A DNA stretch of 64,000 nt. Origin: Sedimentisphaerales bacterium. Lineage in GTDB: Bacteria; Planctomycetota; Phycisphaerae; Sedimentisphaerales; Anaerobacaceae. Both the position numbers and the translations under genes were made by a program. Where the stretch lies: the NCBI GenBank assembly GCA_963708075.1, contig OY970194.1, positions 3,232,001 through 3,296,000 of the forward strand, read 5' to 3'. The notes below the pieces were generated by a model, which made no database searches, was not told the origin of the DNA, and was given only the letters and a program-made list of their open reading frames with translations. Each line of letters starts with the position of its first letter. Position 1 is the stretch's first letter. Shown here one piece after another: positions 29,393-40,500 of the stretch.

Positions 29393-30472
29393 ATGCCTGA
29401 CAAACCAGCCGCCGAAAGGACTGAACAACCGACCTCGCGAAGGCTTCAAAAGGCGAGGGAAAGTGGCCAGGTGCCGCAAAGCCAGGAGCTGGCGACCGCC
29501 ATCACGCTGATCGTCCTGCTGCTGACGCTGACACTGCTGGCCCCGGGCCTGTTTCGCTGGTGCCGTCTGAAGGTGGAAACCGGCCTGACGGCCCACAGCG
29601 GCGCGTTCACCGATCCGCAGACGTTCGTGCGGTTCCTCAACGGCGGCATCATCGACACAATCCTCGTTACTCTGCCCGTTCTTGCGGCACTGATGGCCGC
29701 CGGCATTCTCGGCAGTGTTGTCGTCAGCGGCTGGAGTTTCTCGCCCGGCGCGTTGCAGTTCAAGTGGAACGCGATCAATCCCGCCGCCGTGATCGGTAAT
29801 GCGATGAACCCCCGCTCCCTGGCTCGGTTCCTGGTGTCCGTCGCGAAGCTCTGCTTCGTCAGCCTCATCGTCTGGCTCTATCTGCGCGACAAGCTGGAGA
29901 CGATGGCCGTCCTGCGCTGGGCATGGTCCACACAGATCATGGCTGAGATCGCCCGAATCATCTTCGGCCTGTGCCTTCGCGTTGCCATCGCCGTACTCAT
30001 CATCGGCCTGGCCGACGCGCTCTATCAGAAATGGCAGTACATCCAGGAACTGAAGATGACCCGGCAGGAGGTCAGACAGGAGCGAAAGGACATCGAAGGC
30101 TCGCCGGAAGTGAAGGCGAGAATCCGCCGAATCCAGGTGGAAATGTCGCTGAGGCGGCTGCGGCAGGAGGTCCCGAAGGCCAGTGTCATCCTCGTGAACC
30201 CGACGCACGTGGCCGTCGCGTTGCGCTACGAGCCCAAGACCATGGACGCCCCGATCCTGCTGGCCAAGGGCGCCGACCACATCGCCGAGCGGATCGTCAG
30301 CATCGGCCGTGCCTACGGCGTGCCCATCGTCCGACGCCCGGAGGTCGCACGAGCCATCTACGCCACCGTCAAGCCCGGCCGAACCATTCCCGAAGCCCTC
30401 TACGTCGCCGTCGCCGAGGTCCTCGCCATGCTCCTGCGCCTCCGACAGAGAAAACGCCTCGCCAAAAGCTGA
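29393..30472 (+). CDS. flhB: flagellar export switch protein FlhB
   Basis: Motifs ERTEQPT, EGSPEVK and the NPTH autocleavage site. Confidence 0.97.
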   Translation: MPDKPAAERTEQPTSRRLQKARESGQVPQSQELATAITLIVLLLTLTLLAPGLFRWCRLKVETGLTAHSGAFTDPQTFVRFLNGGIIDTILVTLPVLAALMAAGILGSVVVSGWSFSPGALQFKWNAINPAAVIGNAMNPRSLARFLVSVAKLCFVSLIVWLYLRDKLETMAVLRWAWSTQIMAEIARIIFGLCLRVAIAVLIIGLADALYQKWQYIQELKMTRQEVRQERKDIEGSPEVKARIRRIQVEMSLRRLRQEVPKASVILVNPTHVAVALRYEPKTMDAPILLAKGADHIAERIVSIGRAYGVPIVRRPEVARAIYATVKPGRTIPEALYVAVAEVLAMLLRLRQRKRLAKS

Positions 30473-30777
30473 CGTCCCTACCCCAATTCCGAAATCCAAA
30501 ATCCAGCCCGCAGCGTGTGCTCGACTCGCCATGTCCTCTACTCGGTATCGCCCGCAAGAGCCTTGCAGGCAATTTCCACGCTCCTCACGTTCTCACCGAG
30601 GACCCTCCTGCGTGCACAACCGATATGTCCCGTCCCTGGATGATCCTGTCAATCCAGGCGTATACAGCGCCCGGCTTTCTGAGTCAAGGTGGATGAGAAT
30701 TCAGCCACGAGCGGGGTGCGGTCGCCATTCGGTGGCGGATTCCGATTCCACCGGACAAAAGAGCGCCCCCTCAGTCT

Positions 30778-31060
30778 TCTTTCGCCCCTGCGGGGCTTTG
30801 AGATAGGATTGGCTATCGGTACCCACCGTTGAAACGGTGGGCTATTGTCGATCGCCCCTGTGGGGCGGATGGGCCGATGCAAGAGCACTGGGGCGCAGTC
30901 CAGGCTCGAAGGGCGGTGGAGAATAGCCCTCAATTTGACAGGACCACAAAGCTCAGCCATGGCGCAGTACAAGCCCGCAGGGCGATAGAGAATAGCCCAG
31001 CGATTCATCGCTGGGGAACCGGGGCCAAGGATAAAAGCCAGTCCCGTAAGGGACGAAAGA
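30778..31060. repeat. inverted pair of ~90-bp REP/MITE-like multi-hairpin units with an internal partial duplication
   Basis: The reverse complement of 30778-30866 (GCCCCACAGGGGCGATCGACAATAGCCCACCGTTTCAACGGTGGG...AGCCCCGCAGGGGCGAAAGA) parallels 30972-31060 (AGCCCGCAGGGCGATAGAGAATAGCCCAGCGATTCATCGCTGGG...AGTCCCGTAAGGGACGAAAGA). Bases 30892-30929 duplicate 30961-30998. Confidence 0.8.
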
Positions 31061-31158
31061 GGGGCGGTCCGCACAAGGCAGCTACACGGCGCCACCGAAT
31101 TCCGACCACACCCCACGAGCGGCGTCTGGGCAGGTTTTTGGGCACTGTGCCGGGTGGC

Positions 31159-31238
31159 CGGGTGCCATGCTTACGCTTGCGTAAGCATGCGTTGCCCATC
31201 GGCGAAGCATGTCCACGCGAGCGTGAACATGGCACCCG
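31159..31238. repeat. REP-like palindrome, GGGTGCCATG family, copy 1
   Basis: CGGGTGCCATGCTTACGCTTGCGTAAGCATG ... CATGTCCACGCGAGCGTGAACATGGCACCCG. A second copy lies at 47357-47430. Confidence 0.85.
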
Positions 31239-31359
31239 AAACCCAAGGTTTCGAGACAGTCAGAGTACTACGGCGCACAGAATAAGCAAAACTGATAATC
31301 CCTTAGCCATTGCGGGACATGGAGTTATATACAACACCTAGGGCGTGCGTGTTTTATAG

Positions 31360-31387
31360 TTGACAAACCACGGCTCTCAGTTATACT
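31360..31387 (+). promoter_or_regulatory. sigma-70-like promoter of the orphan gene
   Basis: TTGACA-N16-TATACT. Confidence 0.6.
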
Positions 31388-31492
31388 ATGGCTAACGTCG
31401 CGACAGGCGACGCGCGGCGGCCGGCGTGCGGTCGGCCACCGGGGACAAGTGGATGAGTATGTCTGCGAGCAAGTGGATATGACGCTCAGCAT

Positions 31493-31525
31493 GAATCGTA
31501 AATCGTAAATGGTAAATCGTAAATC
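31493..31525 (+). repeat. heptamer half-element H8
   Basis: GAATCGT AAATCGT AAATGGT AAATCGT AAATC, directly before the GGAGG RBS. Confidence 0.85.
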
Positions 31526-31541
31526 TTTGGAGGATCACCCC

Positions 31542-32447
31542 ATGGCCAACGCAGCACAAATCACCGCCAACCGCCGTAATGCCGCAAAATCCACCGGGCC
31601 TAAGACGACCCAGGGCAAGGCTATTGTCGCGCGGAACGCCATCAAGCACGGCCTGCTCGCGCGGCAGAACGTCATTCTGGGCGAAGATCCGCAGGAGTTC
31701 GAGCTCGGCCGCCGCAAGTGGCTCGCGGAGCTGGAACCGGTCGGGCACGCGGAAGCCACGCTCGCGGAACGCGTCGCCGGCCTCGCCTGGCGGCTCAAAC
31801 GGGCCGAGCGACTCCAGAACGAGGTCTTCGATTCCCTGCTGGCCAAGGAGCTCGCCGATTCGATGGCGGACTTCGACGACGAGCTGTCGGCCGAGGAGCA
31901 GCAGGAGCTGATGAGCGATCCGAGTGCTGATCCCCGTCTGGCGGTCGGCCGGATGGTCGCCAGGGACTTCAACCGTGAAAGGGCCCTGGAGCGACTGATG
32001 ATGTACGAGCGATGGATCGAGAACAGCCTGTACAGGACCATGAAAGAGCTGCGGCAGGTCCAGCGAGAGCGAAAGGCGGAAGCCGGGCACGGGCCATTGA
32101 GTCCTGCCAATCTGGAGAATCATGTGTGGCAGCAGCAAGCGGAGCCTGCGGAGCTGGCCGATGCCACCCGCGCTACCGTGACCGATTCTGCGAAACAAAG
32201 CCAATCCGGGGCGCCTCAGCAAGACCATCGCCAGGCTGCGCTTGGCGATGTCACTGATGCTGTCGCGATGAATTGTGCGAAACAAACCCAATTCCGGCCA
32301 TCTCAGCCGGACCATTGCTTTGCGGAAGCGCAAGACCCTGCGTCTCTACAGGCTGACGATCCCGCCGGTGCTGCCGCGAGTGATTCCGCGAAGCAAAGCC
32401 AAATTCCGGGAAACGCGCCGTGTGAAACAAAGCCAATGCGGGTGTGA
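31542..32447 (+). CDS. hypothetical protein (ANRRNAxKSTGPKTxxGK...NAxKHGL N-terminal motif, repetitive C-terminus)
   Basis: GGAGG RBS at 31529-31533 and ATG at 31542. Helical core; the C-terminus carries AKQSQ/AKQTQ repeats. Confidence 0.75.
   Translation: MANAAQITANRRNAAKSTGPKTTQGKAIVARNAIKHGLLARQNVILGEDPQEFELGRRKWLAELEPVGHAEATLAERVAGLAWRLKRAERLQNEVFDSLLAKELADSMADFDDELSAEEQQELMSDPSADPRLAVGRMVARDFNRERALERLMMYERWIENSLYRTMKELRQVQRERKAEAGHGPLSPANLENHVWQQQAEPAELADATRATVTDSAKQSQSGAPQQDHRQAALGDVTDAVAMNCAKQTQFRPSQPDHCFAEAQDPASLQADDPAGAAASDSAKQSQIPGNAPCETKPMRV
32160..32441 (+). repeat. degenerate tandem repeats with core GAAACAAA(G/C)CCAA (4 copies)
   Basis: Cores at about 32192, 32279, 32390 and 32424. 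Unit starts at 32160, 32247 and 32358. Confidence 0.75.
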
Positions 32448-32450
32448 GGA

Positions 32451-34475
32451 CTAACCCATCCCGAGGGCGGACATCTGGTTGCGGAGCAGGGCCAGCGTCT
32501 TTTCGAGGCGGGCGAACTTCGCCACGAGACGGGCTTCGCGGTCGGTCAGGCGCTGCTGTTCCATCTCGATCCTGTCCTGCAGGTGCTCGATCTGGTCTTC
32601 GGCCTGGCCCTGGTCCAACTGGAGCGTGCCGGTGGTGGCCCTGAGGACCCGATCCAGGACATTGGCCATGGCGCCGGCGAAGCCCTGCTTGACGCGGACC
32701 GTGGCGGTGAACGTGCCGTCCTGGCTCAGGTCCACGCTCAACTGCAGGCCGTTCTCCGGGTTGACCGGCTCGCTGTCGACATCGAACGTGCTGTCGCCCG
32801 TAACGATATTGCCGTTGATGGCGGCGTCGCGATAGGCGGCCTCAGTGGATAGCTTCATCCTGGCGCCCGTAATCACCCCACCGGCCACGGTCACCTCGAC
32901 GTCGTAGGCGGCTGCCGTGGTGTAGTTGCTGGAGGCCCCGTAGAACTCGATCGTGTTGCTGTCGGAACTGCCTGTTTTGTCGGCCCCGATGATCGCCAGG
33001 GCGCCCTGGTAATCCTCCGCGATGGCCTCATCGAACGCGCTGCCGCTCAGGCTCATCATGCCGTCGCCGTCGAGATCGATGCCGATCTGGGCCGGGGTGA
33101 GGAAGGTGTCGGCGTCGATGACAAAGCCGCTGGTCTGCCGCACGAGAGGGGTGCGAAGGTCGTTGACGATGTTGCGCACGACGGAGTCGCCCATGAGCAC
33201 GCCGGCGGTCTTGAGAGCGTCATTGTAGTCGCTTTTCTCCTTGATGAACGCCACCGCGGCATTGTAGGCGGTGACCATGGAGTCAAGCTTGCCCTTGACC
33301 GACGCGATGTCGCGGGTCAGGTTGACCTGGACTGTCCCCGTGTCGTGCAGGTGCAATGTCACGCCCCGGATGACGTCGTCGATCGTATTCGAGCTGCGGG
33401 TGATCCACTCGCCCACGCCGGATGGGTATCCATCCACCTTGATCTGGGAATCCTGGGCCGATTGGGTCTCCGTGAAGTCGGCGGCGGCAAAACCGGCCAA
33501 GCTGGCCACGGTGCTGCCGCCCTGCGTGAGCCGGCTGACGGCAGGAGTGTCGAATGTCGTGGCGCCGGAGCCGGCGTTGTACGCCAGGCCCAGCTCCATC
33601 AGGCTGGCGCCGCCGGTGTGGTCGGTCAGGCGGATCTGGCCGTTGACCAGGGTCGCCGTGGCCGTGCCCGCGAAGACGTCGTTGATCTCTTCTACGATGT
33701 GGCCGAGGGTCGTATGCTCGTTGATGGCCAGATTCTGACTGACGGCCGTCCCATCGTGGAGTCTGCCGCTGATCGTGATGTACTCATCTCCGGCGAGCGT
33801 TCCGCTGAACTGGTCGAGCGCCGTGATCCTGTCCGCCAACGCGGCGTTCTCGCTACCGACCGCCAGCGGCGCTTCCATCTGCCAGACCTCCGTGTTGCTG
33901 GCGTTGATCTGGACCTCATAATCCAAGCCGGCGTCGTTGCCGTTGAGCATGAGGTGGTAGGCGTCATTGTAGTAGAGCAGGTTGGCGGTGACGCCCGGGT
34001 TATTCGCATCATTGTTGATCAGTCCCACCAGGTCTTCGAGGGTCGTGTCGGCGGTCGTCGTGATGACCGTCTCCTGGCGGTTGTAGGAATAGATGAACGT
34101 GCCGGCGCCGACGTAGTCCTCCGCGTATTCCTTGCCCGCCGTGTGTGCCCAGCGTTCCCCGTTGGCGAGTTGATTCACGATGACGGTGTGATTGCCTTCA
34201 AAGGCGTTGTGGGAGGCCTCGGCCGTCACGATTTCGGTGTCGCTGGATGCGGTGGCATAGGCGCGGAGCGTGCCGGCGTCGGACAGGGCCGCCGTGGTGG
34301 TCTTGAGCGTTTCGAGCTTGGTCTCTATGGTGCTCAGAGCGTTCTTGCGCTCATTCCAGACGCTCTGGCGCTGCGCATACTGGGTGAGCGTGCGTTGCTC
34401 CATCGCCATGAGCTGGCTGATCAACTGGTTCGTATCGATTCCGGTTAAGAGCCCCGGAAGCCGCAAGTCGCCCAT
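32451..34475 (-). CDS. fliD: flagellar filament cap protein FliD
   Basis: Motifs PGLLTGIDTNQLISQLMAME, SSNTIDDVIRGVTLHL and KFARLEKTLALL. Confidence 0.95.
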   Translation of the reverse strand: MGDLRLPGLLTGIDTNQLISQLMAMEQRTLTQYAQRQSVWNERKNALSTIETKLETLKTTTAALSDAGTLRAYATASSDTEIVTAEASHNAFEGNHTVIVNQLANGERWAHTAGKEYAEDYVGAGTFIYSYNRQETVITTTADTTLEDLVGLINNDANNPGVTANLLYYNDAYHLMLNGNDAGLDYEVQINASNTEVWQMEAPLAVGSENAALADRITALDQFSGTLAGDEYITISGRLHDGTAVSQNLAINEHTTLGHIVEEINDVFAGTATATLVNGQIRLTDHTGGASLMELGLAYNAGSGATTFDTPAVSRLTQGGSTVASLAGFAAADFTETQSAQDSQIKVDGYPSGVGEWITRSSNTIDDVIRGVTLHLHDTGTVQVNLTRDIASVKGKLDSMVTAYNAAVAFIKEKSDYNDALKTAGVLMGDSVVRNIVNDLRTPLVRQTSGFVIDADTFLTPAQIGIDLDGDGMMSLSGSAFDEAIAEDYQGALAIIGADKTGSSDSNTIEFYGASSNYTTAAAYDVEVTVAGGVITGARMKLSTEAAYRDAAINGNIVTGDSTFDVDSEPVNPENGLQLSVDLSQDGTFTATVRVKQGFAGAMANVLDRVLRATTGTLQLDQGQAEDQIEHLQDRIEMEQQRLTDREARLVAKFARLEKTLALLRNQMSALGMG

Positions 34476-34555
34476 TTTCTATCTACCTCTTCAGCGGACA
34501 CGGTGCACTGCTTACGCACATGCCCCTTTTCTGTGAGCACACGGTCCCATACATA

Positions 34556-34582
34556 TTATCGTTCGAAACGCGGGCCTCTGAA
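34556..34582 (-). promoter_or_regulatory. sigma-28-like promoter of fliD
   Basis: Minus strand reads TTCAG-N14-AACGATAA, the same geometry as the fliC promoter. Confidence 0.55.
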
Positions 34583-34589
34583 GGCGGCA

Positions 34590-37500
34590 TCAGGATTTCA
34601 GCGTCACGGTCGCACCTGCCGTCACCGGCCCGGTATCGATCATTTCCAGCTCGAAGCGGTCCCCGTGGTCCGCGCACCACTGCCGCACATCGGTCGTGAT
34701 GCCCCGCTCGAAGTAATCCTGGAGGAATTCCCTGGCGGCTGCACTATCATGGTTCTCAACCTCGCGATGCAGGTGGGGCAGGCTCTGCTCCTTCATGTCC
34801 AGGGCATGAAGCGCCATGGCCCTGAGCAGGTCGAAATTCCTCATCCGCCGGGCCAAACCGCGATCCATTGCCTCAATGCCGTTGAGCATGCTCGCACAAC
34901 TGATGTGATAAGCGTGGTTGAACAGCCACACGGCACTTTCCAGCAGTTGCTGGAGCAGGCGGCGGTCGAGCGGCTCGCTCTCCCAGATGGGGATATGGGC
35001 CTTGAATCTCAGCAGGAAATCGGAGCAGTTGCACTCTCTCAACTGCCGGCCGATATCGCCGCTTGGCTCGGCCTGTATCTTCTCGCGAATCTTCTGCAGT
35101 TTGCATTCGCAGTACTGGCGGTACCGCGCTCTCTTATTCCGAGGGTCAAATGTGGACACCTGGTGCGTCTGGCTCATCGCGTGCACGCGGATGAAGGTCA
35201 GGTACTCAGGAACGTTCTTCACTTTCCAGCGTGCCGTCCGCCGGATGTATTCGCCGAGCTTGGCCGACCAGAACGAATCCGATGCGAACGGATTCTCATC
35301 ATAGGGCCCGATCTCGTCGAACAGTGATTTGCGAATCATGGCCGAGCCATGGCTCATTCCATGTCGCCAGGAGGTAAACCGCTCGATGATCTCCTCCTGC
35401 GCCGGAGGCAGGTCGTTGCACTCCGTGTACTCCAGCCCCCGCCAGTGATCCAGGAACGTCCGGTAGCAGGAACCGACCATGGCCAGGCGCGGGTCCTGCG
35501 AGATTTCGCGATGGAGGGTTTCGAGCTTGGCGGGACTCATGATGTCGTCGGCGTCCTGGATGACGATGAAATCGGATGCCGCCTGTGAAATCGCGAAGTT
35601 CCGCCGGACGTAGGGACCTCGATTGTCCTCGAAGTGGTAGGGTCTTATACGTGGATCGAGCCGGGCGTACCTGTCAATGATCTCCCGCGTTCCATCCGTG
35701 CTGCCGTCGTCGAGCAGGAGAAGCTCCCATTCCTGCAGACTCTGCCCTCGAACGCTCTCGATGCACTCGCTCAGGTGCGTCTCACAGTTGCGACAGGCCG
35801 TCACTATGGTGACCTTGGGCCCGGGAGACCCCGCTTGGACCGGACGGACTGCCTGCGTGTCGGTTCTCATCGAACTCACGCAGCGGACGGCGGCTCCCCG
35901 CGCAAGCGACGAGGAACGCATCCGATTCAGACGCTCCCGCACGTTCAGCATTTTTCGCTTCTGGTCCGGCGGGACCTTGACATGGGGATTACCCAGCAGG
36001 CGGCCGTAAACCCGATGGACGTCCTCATAGCGATTCTGCTGCGCGTAGCACTGGGCCAGGAGCGTGCAACTTGCGACGTAGCACTCGCCGAGATTCGTAT
36101 AATCCATGAATTCCGACTGGCCGCGGTCCAGTCGCCCCAGAGCGAGCTGCCCTTCAAGGCAATCGAGCGTTGCCTCAAAGTGTCCCTGTGCCCGGTCGGG
36201 TTTGCCGAGGCGGACATACGACGCACCCACCGCATAATGCGCCTTCGGCGAGTCCGGCTTGCATGCCAGCGCCTTCTCACCCCACTCGACCGCAAGGGCG
36301 GGGAACAGCCTCTCGAAGAACAGGGCGTTGTCTTTGCCCTGCCTGTACTGCTCCTCTTCGGCCCGCCCCTGCGCCGCGTACAGGCTCTCGACGAATCGCA
36401 GGAAAGCGAGTTCGGTTTGCTCCTCCTTCGGTTCGCCCTGCCGCATCTGCTTGAGATGCTCGATGCAGAGCCGATTCTCCAGAGAGAATTCATCCACGGG
36501 GCATGCATGCTGGCGCTGGGGACCGGTATAACGGACTACGATTTCCGGGCAATAGAGAATTGGCCGTTGCGGTCCTTCCCCGTCTGTATAGATGCGATAC
36601 GACAATTGGATCGCGCCGCGATGGAACGCCGTCGGCGGGAATCCGCCCAGACGCGTGAGCGTGTCCTTTCGGAAGGCACAGAACTCATCCGTATCACACG
36701 CAGCATAGACAGCCACCTCTCCCAGGTTGTAGCGACGGGGCTGGTCTTCACCGGGTCTGCCGAGGATTCGACCCCGCAGCCCGTTGATGTCGTACCTGCC
36801 GAACCGATCGAGAACGCCTTGCACGAAGCTGTTCTCAGGAATCGTGTGCTCGTCCAGGAAGGCGATGAATTGGCCCCTTGCATGAGCGGCGGCCGCATTT
36901 CTTTGCTCCCACCGGCTCGCCTCGGCCTCGCGAGCCATAAGCAGGACGCCAAAATCCAACCGTGCCACGAGCGAGTCAAGAACCTGCCTGCAGGCCGGGG
37001 GAACAAGCGCTATCACCTCAAACGCTTTCTCGGTTTGTTCGTTCAGCCGCCGGAAGAGCTCGTGACACTGTGCCACATTCTCACCGACCTCAACCACGAT
37101 GGAAAGGTGGACGGTATGGCCATTTCTGCAGTCCATCAGCGGCTCCACCGGACACAAGCGGACAGCTTGCAGAGTATCCTTCTTCACTGTGCCGAAAGCC
37201 ACATCACGGACAATCTCGTGGCGCTGGGCCCTCGTCCAGCATATGTCTTGTCGCTCCAGGTATCTTCTGCAGAAGTCGCGGGCCACCTGCGTTCCGTGTG
37301 TCTCGAATTCGCGCTGCAGGCACTGGCGGCTCTGCTCGGGTAGCGCCAGCGCAAAATACGCCAGCCCCCGGACCAGGTCATAGCACCGCACGCTGCGCGC
37401 AGCGTCTTCGACGAGTCGCTCCACGATGCCACACGTCTCGATGCACCGGACGAATTGTCCCTTGGTGAACTGAGAGAAGATCCGGGCAATGAATTCCTCG

Positions 37501-40500
37501 GCAATCCGGCTTGTCAACGGTTCGTTGGCCCACTGCTGAAAGAGATGGCCGTGCCTGGCGACAAAGTCATTGCAGATGGACTGGCGAAGTTCGGCGCGGA
37601 TGTCCGTGTTCGGGTTGGCGTCGAGCCGTTCCCTCAACTTCCGGATCTGGCTGCGGCGGTAGTCTCTGAATTTCGCTCGCGGGCTGCGGGGATCGAACGA
37701 GGGCAGTTTCTCCGTCTGCGAGTTCAGATGCATCCGCCGCAACGTGAGAAACTCCGGGATGTTCCGGAATCGGACCGCATCTATCCGGCATGCGTACTCC
37801 ACGGCCTTGAGCAGCCAGAAGGAGTCGGAGCCGAACGGGTTCTCATCGTAAGGGCCGATCTCTTCGAACAGCCTTTTGCGGATGATGGCGATGCCGTGCG
37901 GGCAGAAGTCGGACGTGCCGTACGTGCGGTACATGTCAAGGATTTGCTCGTGCGTGGTCGCGAGGGGCACATCCTCGGTATGCTCCGCGTCCGGGGAGCC
38001 GTCGAGAAACATTCGGTAGAACGAGCCCACGATCCCCAGCCGATCGTCCTCTGTGATCGCCTTGTGCAGCCGCTCGAGCTTGTTCGGAGCCATGATGTCG
38101 TCCGCATCGTGAATCACGATGAAATCAGCGGCGGCTCGCCCCATGGCGTAGTTGCGCCGGACGTACGGCCCTTTGTTGTCGTCGAAGCAGAAGGCTTTGA
38201 TTCGCGGGTCGCGCTGCGCGTAATCCTCGATGATGCGCCGCGTCCCGTCCGTGCTGCCGTCATCGAGCAGGAAAAGCTCCCAGTCGGGCATCGTCTGAGC
38301 CAGAATGCTGTCGATACACTGCGGCAGAAACGCCTCCGCCTCGTAACACGCCGTGACGACAGTGACTTTCGGGCGCCCCAAAGACACAGGTCCCGTTGGA
38401 GTAGTCTGAGCCCCGGATGGGTCAAAGGGATTACCCTGCAGCCGGGTAGCTTGTGTCGGCACGCTGAACATTGGCGACAGGTGGTCCTGCGGGCGGTTGG
38501 CGGCGACGGAATAGAGGACCGCATCGATTTGCGGCAGAACCTGCTCCGTGGACCATCGCTCCTGCACGCAGGCGAGATACTCGCGCCGGTCGAAGTCCGC
38601 CGACAGGACGATATCGCGGCATTCCTGGGCCGTGTTGAAGATCCATTTCTCCGGGTAACAGCTCCCGGCGCCGGGGTAGTTGTGGATCACCGGCTTGAGC
38701 CCCTTGGCCATGCCTTCGAGGATGTTCACCGGATGGCCTTCCCGGATGCTCGTGGAGAGGATGAAATCCTTGTCGTCCAACCAGGAACTCACGTCGTCCA
38801 CGCGGCCGTAATAGAAGACACGGTCCTGAATCCAAAGCTCTCTTTCGATGTGCCGGAGGTAGTGCTTCAGTTCGCCCTGGTGCAGCTCATCGCCGAACAG
38901 CTCGCCCGCAATGTGCAGCGTATAGCCGGGATCGGCGGCCAGGATCTCACGCAGGCACTGCATCAGGAAAGGCAGGTTCTTGGCCGGACGCAGAGAGCCG
39001 ACGAACGCCAGGCTCTTGCCACGGGCCCGGTCGACAAAGTTGAACCTGGTCAGATCGACACAGTTCGGCACCACGTGTGTGCGGACTCTGGTCTCGATGT
39101 CCGGGACCTGGTCTTTCAGAACATCGCGAATATACGGACTGACGAAGATCAGATCGTCGACGTTTTCCCAGTGAATCTTCTGGGGGAACGAGCAGAATGC
39201 CTCGAAGCTGTGCAGGCGAAGAATGGTCCTGCATCGCCGCGGTTGTTTCGTCACCCGGACGGCGAAATCCGTGGCCCATTCGATCCAGCATACATCCGCG
39301 GTTTGCAGCGCCCGCGCGATGTCCTGCTTCTCATTGCAGTCCACGACCCACACATCATGGGACGCACGCAGGTGTGCCAGAATCTCGCCCATGAAGGACA
39401 GATTGTTCTTGTGAGGCAGGATGGCGATCTTCAGTCTCGTGGCCTGTACAGGTACAGCCGCGCCCGTGCAGATTTGTGACCCCGGCGTCTCCCGTCGCTG
39501 GGCTTCCTGTCGTGCATACTCTGCGTACTGGTCCTGCATCTCCTTCTTCGCGTTGGTGATCGCCCCCTCCCACCGTCTCAATGCGTACAGGTATTCACCG
39601 ATGTTGCGCAGCTCGCCGATCTCGCTCAATCGCAGCCACAGGTCATAGTCCTGGGCAAATTGGAATCGCTCATCGTAGCCGCCGGCCTCGATCAGGGCGG
39701 ACCGCCGCACCATGGCCGTGCCGTGGGCCATTCGGTTCCTGGCCACAAGCTCCGCCTTGATGTCCGCAGGCTCCGTCGGCAATCGCCACTGGCCGCAGAC
39801 TTTCCCCTCTGCATCGATCCTGGCGCACCAGCAGCCCACGACAAGGCATGCAGGATTTCCTTCCAGGACCTTCGACTGCTTTTCGAATCGCTGCGGCAGC
39901 GAGACATCGTCGGCATCCATGCGTGCGATGTATTCCCCCCTGCACAGCTTCAGACCGACATTCAGCGATTTTGTCAGGCCCTGTCTCTGGGCGTTCCTGT
40001 AGATCGCCGTCCTCGAGTCCTTCCCGTCGAGCAGGATTTCGGGCGTCCTGTCGGAGCTTGCGTCGTCGACGATGATGAACTCGAAGTCCTGGCAGGTCTG
40101 GCGGTAGATGCTCTCCAACGCCTGAGGCAGAAATTTCTCGCCATTATGCACGGCCATCAGCACGCTGATTTTCGGCTTGTTGGTCCAGTCCTTGTTCTGC
40201 TCCGTGTCCGGTATGCACGCGTTCCACTGGTCCTCGTAGTAGCGTTTGACCCTTTCATTGTGCCCCTGCAAGTAGACGATGTCCCGGTCGTCGATGTATT
40301 CGTACAATCGTTCCTTGACGGCCGTGTGATACAGGTCACTGTAGGGAATGCCGGTAAATACGTTGCGCCAGACCCGCGTGGGCTTGATTTCTTCCAGCAA
40401 CTCGTTTGTCTCATGCAGGTCTGCCTCCGTCTCCCCCGGCACGCCAATAACCGTACTGGCGATCGTCTTGATCCCCGACTCGCGGCACCACCGGAACGCA

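Noticed and set aside
30649..31341. ORFs 30649-31116 (-) and 30829-31341 (+) as transposase remnants
   Set aside because: They are translations of palindromic repeats with no HUH, Y1 or DDE motif.
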